DNA of 64,000 nt from an uncultured bacterium. GTDB taxonomy: Bacteria; Verrucomicrobiota; Verrucomicrobiia; Limisphaerales; UBA8199. The stretch spans positions 160,001 to 224,000 of the forward strand of contig CAVVMW010000005.1 of NCBI GenBank assembly GCA_963749495.1, in the 5' to 3' direction. This document shows, one piece after another, positions 1-10,852 of this stretch. The position numbers were made by a program, and so were the translations under genes. A model generated the notes under the pieces. The model made no database searches and was not told where the DNA came from. It worked only from the letters and a program-made list of their open reading frames with translations. Numbering within the stretch: the first letter of the stretch is position 1; each line of letters starts with the position of its first letter.

Positions 1-49
1 TATGTTGGTGCCTTGCAAAATCCGTAACGATATCAACAAGAGCATATTC

Positions 50-3000
50 ATGAGCCAAAGAATCAAACCTTCCGCCTGGCTTGCGCTGGCCGCCCTCACC
101 GGCCTGCTCCAGTCAGGGGCTAACCTCTCAGCCACAACCGTTACCAACGGCCTGGTGGCTCACCTCAAATTCGACGGCAACCTGCTGGATGCCACGACAA
201 ATCACGTCGACGGGACGAGCGTGGCGCTGGGGACCGTGGGCACGAACGGGATCACGTTTGCCCCCGGCCTGCTGGGCCAGGCCGTCCACATCCTCGTCAC
301 GTCGGATGGGACGACGAATGACTTCGTGAGCTTGGGCTATCCGGCGGCCTTGCAATTTGGCAGCGATGCGACCGGCGACACCACGGACTTCTCGGTCGCG
401 ATGTGGCTCAAGATCGCCGCTTCCTCCGCCGACGAGCCGTTCATCTCGAACAAGAACTGGGACAGCGGCGGGAACCAGGGTTGGGTCGTTTCCAACGAGA
501 GCGACGGCGTGCGGGTCAATTTCAAAGATGACGCCAACGGCCGAAAAGACGAGGTCGGTCATGCCGGGCCGCAGTTGGAGGACCACAACTGGCATCATTT
601 GGCGGTGATATTTGTGCGCACAAACCTGGCCAGCATCTACATCGATGGCACAGTGCTGGGCACTCTTTCCATCGCCCCGGACGCCGGCAACCCGGTGGGC
701 AACGTGGACACGGCCACGTTGGGTAATCCTCCGCGCAGCGTTCCCGGGCCTGATTGGGCGATAAACCTGGGCGAGGACGGCACGGGCCTGTATGCCACGA
801 ACAACGGCGCGGGGTTGGATTGCCTGATGGATGATGTCGGCATCTGGCGCCGCGCCTTGCAGCCGAGCGAGGTGTTGGAAATCTACACCAAAGGCGTGGT
901 GACGGGTCAGACGCTGGAGCAGGAACCCGGTCCGGCCTTCTCGAGCGTGATCCCCGTCTCGTATGCAATGCCGGCCGGCTCGGTCAATACAAACAACCCG
1001 GGCTTCCGCGTTCGTCCCTACCAGACGGCGACCACCGAAGGCGGCTCGATCGCCTGGACCGAGGACCAGCAGGCCGGGCTTTACGGACCCAATCTGGCGG
1101 ACCTCTCCGGGGCGGATAGCAACGGGTATTATACCGTGAGCACCGTAGTGAACTGGGGCGTCGCGGTGGATGGTTTCCAGCCGGCCGACAACTTCCCCGG
1201 GATTGGGGCCTCCGGCGTCAATTTCTCGGAGGAGGTCCTGACCTACATCGAGTTCCCCGCAGCCGGCACTTACACCCTGGGGGTCAACAGCGATGACGGC
1301 TTCGGCGTGACCACCTCCATGCTCAACCCAAAGGACCATTCGTCGGCCATATCCCTGGGCAAGTACGACAGTAACCGCGGCGCGGGGGATACCTTGTTCC
1401 AATTCGTCGTGCCGCAGGCGGGCATTTACCCGTTCCGGCTGCTCTACTGGCAAACCGGGGGCGGGTGCAGTGTGGCGTTCTTCAGTGTCGTGGCCACCAG
1501 CACCAGCACCAACTATGTGCTGATTAACGACACCTCGACCCCCGGGGCGCTCAAGGCCTACGCCACGGCGAACGTCGCTCCGCCCTATGCCGGCGCCTTT
1601 ACCGCCAATCCCGCGGGCTTCAGCTTTCGGATCCAGGACGACATCTCCGCCTTGAATCCCGCCTCGCTCCAGGTCAAGCTCAATGGCTCGGCGGTTTCTG
1701 TGTCCACAAACAAGGTTGGTGGCACCACCACGGTCACCTACTCCTCCCCCGCCCTCTTCCAGGTCGGCTCCAGCGAAACGGTGTCCGTCCAATTCTCCGA
1801 CAACGCCCAACCGGCACACACGCTTTCGCCGGTGTTCTCTTTCGTGGTGCCCACCTACACGCTCATGCCGCCCGGCGCGGCGCTGCCGGCCTCGACGGTG
1901 GACACTACTCAACCCGGCTTGCTGGTCCGCGTTTCGCAGATTGATTCCACCAGTTACGGCCTTCTGGCCGCCAACATCGCCCACGCCGAGGCGCAACTCT
2001 CGGGCCTGCTCATCGACCCCGTCGCCGGCACACCGTATCCCGAGTCGGCCACGCCAGGACCCCAGGTGAACGGCAGCTACGTGATCAGCAACATCAATCT
2101 CTCATACCCTGCCGATGGCACAAGCGATCAGGGCTCCTTCACCACCGCCAACAACTACCCGGATCAGCCCTTCCCAGGTATCAACGGCGCCAACAGCGCC
2201 AACCTGGCCGGAGAAGTCGTGGCCTACCTAGACCTCCAGCCCGGCTTTTACACCTTCGCCCTGAACGCGACCGATGGCTTCCGCGTCACCACGGCGGCCA
2301 ATGCTTACGACGCCCTGGGCACGACACTGGGGCTCTTTGATTTTCGGGCGATCACCACGGAGACACGATTCGGCGTGGCCGTCACGACCGCCGGCATTTA
2401 CCCCGTCCGGCTCGTGTTCTTCCGCGTGAACCCGCAGCAATCGAACAACACCGGCGATGCCAGCCTGGAGTTTTACACGATCGATGCTCAAGGCAATAAA
2501 TGGCTGGTCGGCGACCTCTCCTCGCCAAAGTCGGTCAAGGCCTATTGGAAGCGCACGGGCGCTTACGGGACCTTTGTCAAGTATGCCGGGCCCAGTGCGT
2601 TCGTGTCGCCTTTCTCGGACAGCGCCGACGTGGGCTTCACGACGGCCCAGGTGATCCTCAGTGACGGCTCGAGCGCCAAGGTGGCCCCTTCCTCGGTGGT
2701 CTGGACCGTCGATGGGAAGGCGGTGAGCGCCACTTCGACCAACGCGAACGGCCTCACCACGCTCTCCTATACGCCCACCAGCCTCCAACTGCCTCGAATG
2801 ACGCACACGGCCAGCCTGGTGTGGGCCGATGCCGGCGCCGGCGGCGCCCTCCATACCAATACCTGGAACTTCCACCTGCTCCGCAACTACGTCCTCCCCG
2901 CACCGCTCTATTTCGAGGACTTCGAATCCACCGCCGCCGGCCCTGACCCCACGGTCCCAGCCGGCTGGACGCAGGTCAACTTCACCGGGCACCAGAATGC

Positions 3001-3916
3001 CGGCAACGACCCGAACGACCTTAATTCGGATTTTTACCTGGGTTGGGTGGTCGTGGATAAATCGTTCAACATCGGCAAGGATTTCGGCGTGAGCCAGTAC
3101 GTCCCCCAGGTACTCAATGGGGTGGCCTTTGACGAGGGCACCAATCCGCTGTTGGTCAACCATTATATCCGCGCCGAATCAGACTCCCGCCAGAACGGGC
3201 CGCCGGGACAAATCCAGTATTTGTACACCAAACCCTACGATCTGACCGGCAAGACGGGAATTGTCATCGCCTTTGACAGCGCCTATGAGCAAAACCAGGA
3301 CAGCATCGTGGCGCTGGAATACACGGTGGACGGGACCAACTACAATCCCATCCTTTACTGGCTCCAGGGCGACAATGACACTCAGGCGCCGGCCGATACC
3401 ATCCGGGACGGCCTGGGCAACATTGACGTGGCCAAGACCATGATGACTACCTACGGTGACGTCGCAGAGTACACGGACCCGGCCACCGGCCAGTTGGTCG
3501 GAGGTTACTATGGCTTCTTCATCAAGGCCCCCATCACGCAGGCGCTCGCACCTTACATCGAAGGCCGCTACAACGACAATGGGACAGAATCCAAGCGCAT
3601 TGAGGTTTATCGCGTGCCTTTGGCCGACAACCAGAAGAATGTGGTCTTCCGCTTTGTTCAGGCCGGCACATCAAGCTGGTATTGGGCTATCGATAACTGG
3701 GGCATTTACAGTGTCCCATCTATCGCGGCGGCGCCGTTACCGGGCTTGCTCAGCCTCAGCCGCGTCAGCGGCGTGCTCACGCTCTCCTGGACCGGCGGCG
3801 GCACCCTCGAGTCCGCTCCCAGCCTCAAGGGGCCGTGGACCCCTGTGGCGAATCCGACCAATCCCATGACGGTCACCGCAACTGGCGGCAGCCAATTCTT
3901 CCGGCTGCACCAGTAG
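50..3916 (+). CDS. Large secreted protein: LamG-like jellyroll, two PA14-like modules, C-terminal sorting-type domain
   Basis: Signal peptide after MSQRIK (ATG at 50). LamG-like motifs AHLKFDGN, WHHLAV, DDVGIWRRAL. PA14-like GVNSDDGF and AGIYPFRLLY, repeated later as NATDGF/AGIYPVRLVF. Ends LSWTGGGTLESA..W..QFFRLHQ. Confidence 0.8.
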   Translation: MSQRIKPSAWLALAALTGLLQSGANLSATTVTNGLVAHLKFDGNLLDATTNHVDGTSVALGTVGTNGITFAPGLLGQAVHILVTSDGTTNDFVSLGYPAALQFGSDATGDTTDFSVAMWLKIAASSADEPFISNKNWDSGGNQGWVVSNESDGVRVNFKDDANGRKDEVGHAGPQLEDHNWHHLAVIFVRTNLASIYIDGTVLGTLSIAPDAGNPVGNVDTATLGNPPRSVPGPDWAINLGEDGTGLYATNNGAGLDCLMDDVGIWRRALQPSEVLEIYTKGVVTGQTLEQEPGPAFSSVIPVSYAMPAGSVNTNNPGFRVRPYQTATTEGGSIAWTEDQQAGLYGPNLADLSGADSNGYYTVSTVVNWGVAVDGFQPADNFPGIGASGVNFSEEVLTYIEFPAAGTYTLGVNSDDGFGVTTSMLNPKDHSSAISLGKYDSNRGAGDTLFQFVVPQAGIYPFRLLYWQTGGGCSVAFFSVVATSTSTNYVLINDTSTPGALKAYATANVAPPYAGAFTANPAGFSFRIQDDISALNPASLQVKLNGSAVSVSTNKVGGTTTVTYSSPALFQVGSSETVSVQFSDNAQPAHTLSPVFSFVVPTYTLMPPGAALPASTVDTTQPGLLVRVSQIDSTSYGLLAANIAHAEAQLSGLLIDPVAGTPYPESATPGPQVNGSYVISNINLSYPADGTSDQGSFTTANNYPDQPFPGINGANSANLAGEVVAYLDLQPGFYTFALNATDGFRVTTAANAYDALGTTLGLFDFRAITTETRFGVAVTTAGIYPVRLVFFRVNPQQSNNTGDASLEFYTIDAQGNKWLVGDLSSPKSVKAYWKRTGAYGTFVKYAGPSAFVSPFSDSADVGFTTAQVILSDGSSAKVAPSSVVWTVDGKAVSATSTNANGLTTLSYTPTSLQLPRMTHTASLVWADAGAGGALHTNTWNFHLLRNYVLPAPLYFEDFESTAAGPDPTVPAGWTQVNFTGHQNAGNDPNDLNSDFYLGWVVVDKSFNIGKDFGVSQYVPQVLNGVAFDEGTNPLLVNHYIRAESDSRQNGPPGQIQYLYTKPYDLTGKTGIVIAFDSAYEQNQDSIVALEYTVDGTNYNPILYWLQGDNDTQAPADTIRDGLGNIDVAKTMMTTYGDVAEYTDPATGQLVGGYYGFFIKAPITQALAPYIEGRYNDNGTESKRIEVYRVPLADNQKNVVFRFVQAGTSSWYWAIDNWGIYSVPSIAAAPLPGLLSLSRVSGVLTLSWTGGGTLESAPSLKGPWTPVANPTNPMTVTATGGSQFFRLHQ

Positions 3917-3960
3917 GCTGGCGTAACCGGTCACTGAGGGCGAGGACACAATCCGCGGGG

Positions 3961-4108
3961 GACCCCTCACCCCGGCCCTCTCCCCTTCCAGGGGAGAGGG
4001 AGAAGCGCCGACAGTCTCTGGAACTTCCGGGCGTGTCCGCTTCCTTATGCCGCTGCCGAGAATCCTCCCTCTCCCCTTCCGAAGGGGAGAGGGCCGGGGT
4101 GAGGGGTC
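3961..4108. repeat. REP/REPIN-like palindromic doublet (CCCCTCACCCCGGCCCTCTCCCC...GGGGAGAGGGCCGGGGTGAGGGG)
   Basis: Two inverted copies, each an internal hairpin, between convergent genes. A related copy lies at ~39089-39151. Confidence 0.8.
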
Positions 4109-4212
4109 TGCCCGCGGAGCCGCTCCCGCCTTCACGGAGGCCGTTTAGGCTGACAGCCCTCAGGGTTGCGGCGCGGGGCGTTGGCTCCGCGCCGCACCAG
4201 GCGCTATGCCGC

Positions 4213-4464
4213 TCAGCTCATCAAGACCGCTTCAGTCGCGCTCAAATAGACCGCCAGAGCTTCGGTCCTGATTAAGCGGGTCACCGCCGGCTGGTCCGGC
4301 TTCTTCATGACCTTGTAATGGATCTGCCTCTTCCCCAGTTCGACAATCTGAAGATACGTGTCGTCTGTCTTCCACAACTGTCCCTTTGCCAATCCCGGTG
4401 TTGGCTTTTGACCGCTGAGTTCCATGTCGTCAAGTTGGACGGCCCGGGAGAGGTCTTTCTTCAC
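4213..4464 (-). CDS. Small hypothetical protein
   Basis: 83-aa ORF with protein-like composition (KGQLWKTDDTYLQIVELGKRQIHYK). The start is uncertain. Confidence 0.55.
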   Translation of the reverse strand: MKKDLSRAVQLDDMELSGQKPTPGLAKGQLWKTDDTYLQIVELGKRQIHYKVMKKPDQPAVTRLIRTEALAVYLSATEAVLMS

Positions 4465-4500
4465 TCCGATTCGATTACATTTTTGTAAGGCAGATTGGAT

Positions 4501-5179
4501 TCAAATGTTTTGCTCAATTCGGGCGATGTAACCGTTCGGGACGCAATCAAGGCAATGGTCGGCAACGGGGCCGGCCAAAAGTCCCTTCATGTTCTCGAAA
4601 CCAACCTCTACATTAATCAAGAAGGCATTCCACCAATGATCATCGTCGTGCAGATTGCCGTCGCCGTCGAAGAACCGCATTTGGCCGCTATGTCCATAAA
4701 ATGAAGGCAACGGCAATCCCGGCACGATGCGCGGCGGCACACGGGTGACAATGTCCTCGTTATTGACGAATCGGAACATGACATCTCCGAAGTGGCTGTC
4801 GCATTGTGTGCAGAAGTCAATGTCGCCCACTCGAGGTTGGCCGAAGGTATAAAGTCCATTGACCGGCATCCGGGCAGAAAAAGTGAACGCCGCGGTTGCC
4901 AGTGCCGCCAATGCGCCACCGAGGCTGTGGCCGGTTATCCAGAGCGTCTGGCCCCCATCTTGAAGACGGGTCACCTCGGCCAGGATGTTCCTCCAGCCCG
5001 ACGCGAGCAGCCGGCAAAAACCCTCGTGTACCGCTCCCACGTTGGGGGACTGGAAATAATCGCTGAAAGGCGCCTGAACTATCTCGATTTGTACTCCACT
5101 GGGTCGTGGCAGGATTGAAATTATCAAAGGGACCGGCCGGCAGTGCCGGACCGGGAGGAGAGCCTGCGGAAGTTGTCAT
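4501..5179 (-). pseudogene. Class 3 lipase, internally deleted or frameshifted near the 5' end
   Basis: VHEGF, WITGHSLGGALA, LYTFGQPRVG and RFVNNEDIVTRVP motifs. A plausible N-terminus (MTTSAG..FNPATTQWST, ATG 5179) is in another frame, and the intervening N-terminal part of the lipase domain appears to be missing. Confidence 0.7.
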
Positions 5180-5619
5180 AACTGATGGTAATTTGCTCTT
5201 GGGCGCGGCGCCCCTTCATTGACGCTGCACTGGCGAGGAAGAGTTGGGTCCTGGTTGTGCTCACGCTGGAAAGTGTTCCCGCCGCGGAATTCGTTCAATT
5301 GGCCCTGATCGTTTGTCCAGTTGCTCGGTGGTCATCTGACTTCACCCCAAATCCAGGAAGATGTCCAGAGAAATCTTCTCGCATGTCGGGGGTCGTTTGA
5401 CTGCCGTTTGACATGGCCAGTCCATACACCGCTTGGTCCTGTGCCTGATGCCAGGCCTGGGGTGGGCACGCTGGCGTTCAGGGCGAAGGCCTGAAGGCAA
5501 AGAAACGGCTTGGCGCCCCGATGGCGTGTGGGGCTCAGGCGTCGCTCCGCGACGCGACCGGTTCGCCCAAACTCCCCGTCCGTGGGCTGGCGGGACAATG
5601 TGAAGCACCCGCGAGCATA

Positions 5620-6090
5620 CCGGGCGCGCGGGCGGTTTGCTTCCGGCGCAGGAACGCCCGGCCGGCAAGACAGATCAGCCCCGCAACGCACAGGTGTGCG
5701 AAGACATCGCCGACCCGGCTGTAGATCGTCCTGGCGCCATGGATGGGGATGGCGGCGATCATGATACCGGTGCTGCTGGCAAAGTAATCCTGGCTGCCGA
5801 GGATCCGCCCCCGGTTGTCCGTGATCAGCGAGAAGCCCCTGCCGGTGGGCCGGAGGAGCGAAACGCCGTTTTCAATGGCGCGCGTGATCGCCACTGCCCG
5901 GGATTCGAAAGGGGGGTTTTCCCCGTATGGCGCGATCAGGATGTCCGCGGCGTGGCGCCCGGCCTGGCGGATCAGCGCCGGGAAATGCATGTCGTTGCAC
6001 AGGGCCGTGCTCAGGCGGCCAAATGGGGTGGCGGCAACCGGCAGCCGCCCAGGACCGGCGATGACGACAAACGCTTCGCCTGCCACCATG
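5620..6090 (-). pseudogene. C-terminal fragment of a nitrilase/apolipoprotein N-acyltransferase-like (CN hydrolase) gene
   Basis: ALCNDMHFP, AITRAIENGVSLLRPTGRGFS, TIYSRVGDVFAHLC. The N-terminal catalytic part is absent. Confidence 0.6.
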
Positions 6091-6219
6091 GGGTGGGTCT
6101 TCTCATGCCAGGACCAGGCCGATAGAGACCAAAACGGTGGCGGCGAGCAACCCATAGAACCGCCGGACCAGCCGGCGCTGTCGGGCAGATGCCGCATCCG
6201 CCATGTCTGTCTTGTAACC

Positions 6220-6360
6220 CAGGAAGGCCACGGAGGCAACCAGGGCCTGGTACCGACTGACGATTTGACCGAAGGCCTCGCGGTCACCGTTCACGCTGGC
6301 GCTCACGAGCGTCGAGTCATCGCAGTCCGGGCTCCACATAGACTGATGGAACAGCATCTT
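6220..6360 (-). pseudogene. N-terminal fragment of an ECF sigma factor
   Basis: DDSTLVSASVNGDREAFGQIVSRYQALVASVAF, then an abrupt switch to unrelated sequence. Confidence 0.6.
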
Positions 6361-6529
6361 ACCTAATAGTGGTTCGGAAAGCCAGAAACGTGACAGGATT
6401 TCTTTTGGGGCGCACGACCGATTCCCTCGAGCGCCCACCCTGCCGCCTAAAGGCCGGCATCCCTGGTGGCTGCGGGACGCCGCCTTTGGGCGGCAATGAG
6501 GAATCCTTTGGCGCAATTATGACTGACGC

Positions 6530-6680
6530 ACACTCAAGTGTTCACGACTTGGAGAGCCTGGGTTTCGAAGGCGCCGCGCTCCTGGATTGCCTCATGCGCG
6601 TCCATCCGCCGCCCGTCACACGCATCTTGATTCCTCCAAGAGGACTGGCCGTCCGCCGCAGCACGGAAGTCCAGGCCATC
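6530..6680 (+). pseudogene. Fragment of a XylR/LacI-type sensor domain
   Basis: SSV..DLESLGFEGAALLDCLM...ILIPPRGLAVRRST. Followed by an 8-bp (CAATCCAY) tandem repeat at ~6677-6714. Confidence 0.55.
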
Positions 6681-6731
6681 CATCAATCCACCAATCCACC
6701 AATCCATCAATCCACGCTCGGGGGCCTCCTC

Positions 6732-7080
6732 TCAGGGAAGGATGCCCGGCGTCTTGGTATTGACCGTGGCACGGGAGGCCTCCCAAAACCAATCAACTTG
6801 CTGCAAGGGCGTAATGGCGGACTTCCGGGTGGCGTAGGCCGTCAGGTGGAAGAAGTCGCTTTTCCATTTGTGGATCTCGCCATGGCCGTCGCAGAAGGAG
6901 AAGCCGCAGGCGCCGGCGTGCATGTCGCTGGGAAAGTCCACGGCGGCCTTCTGTCCGGCGATGACGGCCAGGCCAGAATCGTTGATGCTCCAGGGGTTCT
7001 CATCAACCAGGCAGAAGATAAGGGACGGGCTGGCCAGGCCAAAGTCCGAGGTCTTGCCGAAAGTGGCATAGACGCTATAG
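6732..7080 (-). pseudogene. C-terminal half of a prepilin-like protein with an H-X9-DG C-terminal motif, cut by the IS701-like element
   Basis: YATFGKTSDFG..PSLIFCLVDENPWSINDSGLAV..DFPSDMHAGACGFSFCDGHGEIHKWK is open right up to the IS end at 7081. Confidence 0.75.
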
Positions 7081-9503
7081 CACTACAGCGACGTTTTGAG
7101 AGATTCCCATTTTTTCAGCTCTTTCATTCGGCTTTTCCGGTGGGATAGGTAGGCCTGGTAATTGCGTCGTGTATGGTACTCCAACAGTATCAAAACGTAA
7201 CCGGGTTGACTTTTCGGGTCTGGAAGACTGCCCTCAATCAGCAAGCGCGCTTGCGGCAAGGTCAAGGCGGGAGCTTTTTTTTAAATTTGATTTGCAGACG
7301 CAGCAGGAACAACTGCGCCAGACACACCAGGCGCATGTGCCGATGCCACGCCGGCCAGGAGCGGTGTTCGTAGTGATCCAGTCCGAGCTCGGATTTGTCT
7401 TCCTGAAAACAGCGTTCAATGGGCCAGCGCGCGCCGCTCACGCGCACCAGTTCGCGCATCGGAGTCTCTTGCGCAGCATTGCTCAAGGCGTATTTGATTT
7501 TGCAGTTGGCATCGTTGCGCAGCAGCAGCCAACGTTGGCTCTCCGGCGTCCGCTCCGGGCTCACATAGACCCGGATGCGCGCAAAGGCCGCCACCAGCGG
7601 CCCCTTTTCGCCTTCGGCTATTTTGTGGGTTTGCCAGTTCAATAGGCCCTTGACTTTGAGCAAGTGTTCCACCGTGCAGCCATCCTGCTCCAACTGCGGC
7701 CGGGTCGCACACGCTTTGGGCCAGACCTTTCGGGTGCAGGCGATCTCCCCGAGGTAATAGAAGTCTTTGGGCAGTTGTTCCAGGAACGCTTCGTTATTGC
7801 CAAGGGAACAATCAAACGTGATCCAGCGGCCGCCAAACAGTCGGGTCGCCAATAAGGGTTGCAGCAGCCCCAGCGCAATTTGCGGCTTGGTTCGGAAGAC
7901 CGTATCCTGGGGAATGTCACAGAGCTGGCGGCGCTCCTCGTAGGCAGGTTCGAACCAGCACTGGGGCAAGTAAAGCCGGCTGTCCAAGATCTCATGGCCT
8001 TTGGGGCTGGAGTAGCAGATGAAGACCCCCGACTGGCAATTGGCCGTCTTGCCCAGCGCCCCGCAATACTGCGGGGCCACTCCCACCGAGGCGCTTCCCT
8101 TCTTGGGGAACTCGCTCGGATCAAGGCTCCAGACCCCCAGCGGATCGCTGAGCATTTGGGCGCACAACTCCCAGTGCCGTTTTCGCATCCACGGCTCGTC
8201 CCACGGGGAGTCTTTCATGAACCGCTGCAGATTGCGCACCCGTTCCGGGCCCTCCAACTTCAGGGCGATCGCTTCGATGCTCTTACGTTCCGCGTCGCTC
8301 AAGAGGCCTTGCAGGTACAGTTCAAAGAGGGCCGCTGGTTCGCTCCGCCCAAAGGTAGGTCCGAACAAGGCGGTGAACTCCTTGAGCTCCCGAACGACCG
8401 TTTCCACATCTTCCACGCTCAACTCGCACTTGGACGGGAGCCTGGGTTTCCATGACTCCAAAATCTTTTTCATCCGCATTCTCTTGGTGAGGGATTGTCT
8501 TTCTTCACTCAGGCGCTGGGCCAAGAGAAACGCGCGGCTCAATAAGGGCTGGCGGCCGTCCCCGTGGATGAACTGCCGCATCCGGGGTTCCATTACATAG
8601 ACATACACCTCCTTGCTTTGGCCATGATGCACGAAACGGCCCTGCCGCTTGGCAAAACCGCGCGTCCAACCAATCGCTTGCCAATTGGCCGCCCGATAGC
8701 TGGCCCCGCTGAAGCGTTGCCGATCCACGAAGCTTTCCGCCAGCCACACCGGCACCCCATAGTGCCCAGGCCAATCGCGTTGCAGTAAACCAAGATTTTC
8801 ACTCAACATCACCGACGCCAAATGCGGCACTTTGACCCAGGGCAATACCAGAAAACGCACGCCGTTGACCACGTGGTCCAGCCAGCGCGCCCGCTGGGCC
8901 GCATTCCACCCCAGCAGCCGATCCCGACAACCCAGGTGCTGCACCGCTGACTGCCAGCCCAGCACCCCCAAGAGTTGGCCCGCGCGCCCATACACCAGAT
9001 ATTTCAAGTTGGCCCCCACTAACTCGGGCGCTCCCAGATAATGATGGCGCTCAAGCACCTGGCGCCACTCGCGCCGTTGGGCCGTCGTGCCGACCAACTC
9101 CCAGCGCAACGGTCGATGCTGGCTTAACGCCCCGTCCACGATCCTCCCCCTCGGCAACGCAGCCACCGCTCTGCGGGCCGGCCCGGGACCGCGTTCCGGC
9201 GCTGGCAACCCGATCCATCCTTGACGTTCCAACTCGGTCAAGATCGCCAGCGCCGAGCGGACCTTCCATCGCCCATTGGGAGCCCGCCACTGCCAATGCG
9301 CACACAGACCACGAGCCAGACTGGAACGTCCGGCCTGAGGCTCCTGGACAAGCAACCGCCTGACCGCCTGCACGTCCGCAGCAGTGATCGTTCGGCCGCG
9401 AATTACCCGCGGTGCGATTATCTCAGGCCCAGCGCCATTCAATTACGCGGGGCAACCTAGCGCACGCCCGCGGCGGGCGCAAGTGCCAAATGACGCTGTA
9501 GTG
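7081..9503 (-). mobile_element. IS701-family insertion sequence
   Basis: Imperfect terminal inverted repeats CACTACAGCGACGTTTTG (7081) and CAAATGACGCTGTAGTG (ends 9503). Flanks ATAG and TTAG are not identical. Confidence 0.85.
7083..9442 (-). CDS. IS701-family DDE transposase with N-terminal DUF4338-like domain; C-terminal ~60 aa reached by a -1 frameshift
   Basis: YLQGLLSDAERKS, FPKKGSASVGVAPQYCGALGKTANCQ, RWPIERCFQEDKSELGLDHYEHRSW. N-terminus HHYLG..RFLVLPWV..HLAS..ESFVD..YRAANW..G.TRG. In-frame A AAA AAG at ~7274-7280 joins ORF 7262..9442 to 7083..7265. Confidence 0.85.
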
Positions 9504-10852
9504 TTAGCGCCCCATTGGTGCTGATTTCGAACACGGTACCCCAGTCGCGGTTGTAATTGGGATCTCCACCGGCGGAAGTCGTGCCATAGAAATTGCCGTC
9601 GCTGCCCTGCAACAGCCCCGCCTCTGGATTTTCGCCATCATTGCAACCGGTGAATGAATACAAAGTGGTCAGCGCCCCATTGCTGCTGACTTCGAACACG
9701 GTGCCGTTGTCGCCGTTCGCGCCGCCGTTGGGAGTCATGCCATAGAAATAGCCGCCGCTGCCCTGCACCAGCCCAGCCAGGGGACCAGACCCATCATTGC
9801 CGCCGGTGAACGAGTACCAACCGGTCAGCGCCCCATTGGGGCTGATTTTAAACACGGTGCCAGCGTAGTTCGTGCCACCGCCGGCAGTCGTGCCATAGAA
9901 GTATCCGTCGTGTCCCTGCACCAGCCCGGAGCGAGGAGATCTGCCATCATTGCCGCCGGTGAATGAGTACAAACTGGTCAGCGCCCCATCGGGGCTGATT
10001 TTGAACACGGTGCCGTTGTCGCCGCTCCTGCCGCCGTAGTAAGTCGTGCCATAGAAATTGCCGTCGCTGCTCTGCACCAGCCCGGCAAAGGGATACCCGC
10101 CATCATTGCCGCCGGTGAATGAGTGCAAGCTGGTCAACACCCCATTGGGGCTGATTTTGAACACGGTGCCCTGGCCGTTCTGCCCGGGCCACGTGCCGCC
10201 GTAGCAAGTCGTGCCATAGAAATTGCCGTCGCTGCCCTGCACCATCGCAGCAAAGGGATGTGCGCCATCACTGCCGCCGGTGAATGAATACAAAGTGGCC
10301 AGCGCCCCATTGGTGCTGATTTTGAACACGGTGCCCTGGCCGTTCTGCCCGGGCCACGCACCGCCGTAGCAAGTCGTGCCATAGAAATTGCCGTCGCTGC
10401 CCCGCACCAGCCCAGCCAGGGGACCAGACCCATCATTGCCGCCGGTGAATGAATACAAACTGGTGAGCGCCCCATCGGTGCTGATCTTGAACACGGTGCC
10501 ACAGCCGTTCTTGCCGCCTCCTCCTTTCGCGCCGCCTCCTGTCGTGCCATACAAATAGCCGTCCCTGCCCTGCACCAGCCCAGCCACGGGACCAGAGCCA
10601 TCATTGCCACCGGTGAATGAATACAAACTGCTCAGCGCCCCAGTGGTGCTGATTTTAAACACGGTGCCAGCGTTGTTCGTGCCGCCGTAACCAGTCGTGC
10701 CATAGAAATTGCCGTCGCTGCCCTGGACCAGCCCGCCATAAGGATTTGCCCCGTTGGTGCAAACCCCGAATGAATGAAGGGTGGTTAAGACCACGGCGGC
10801 CTGGGCACCGAGAGCCGGCAGCATTAGGAGCGCTATCCGGAGCACTCGTATA

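Noticed and set aside
8480..9442. Druantia anti-phage system
   Set aside because: The DUF4338-like domain lies inside the IS and is fused to the transposase; no other Dru genes or helicase are present.
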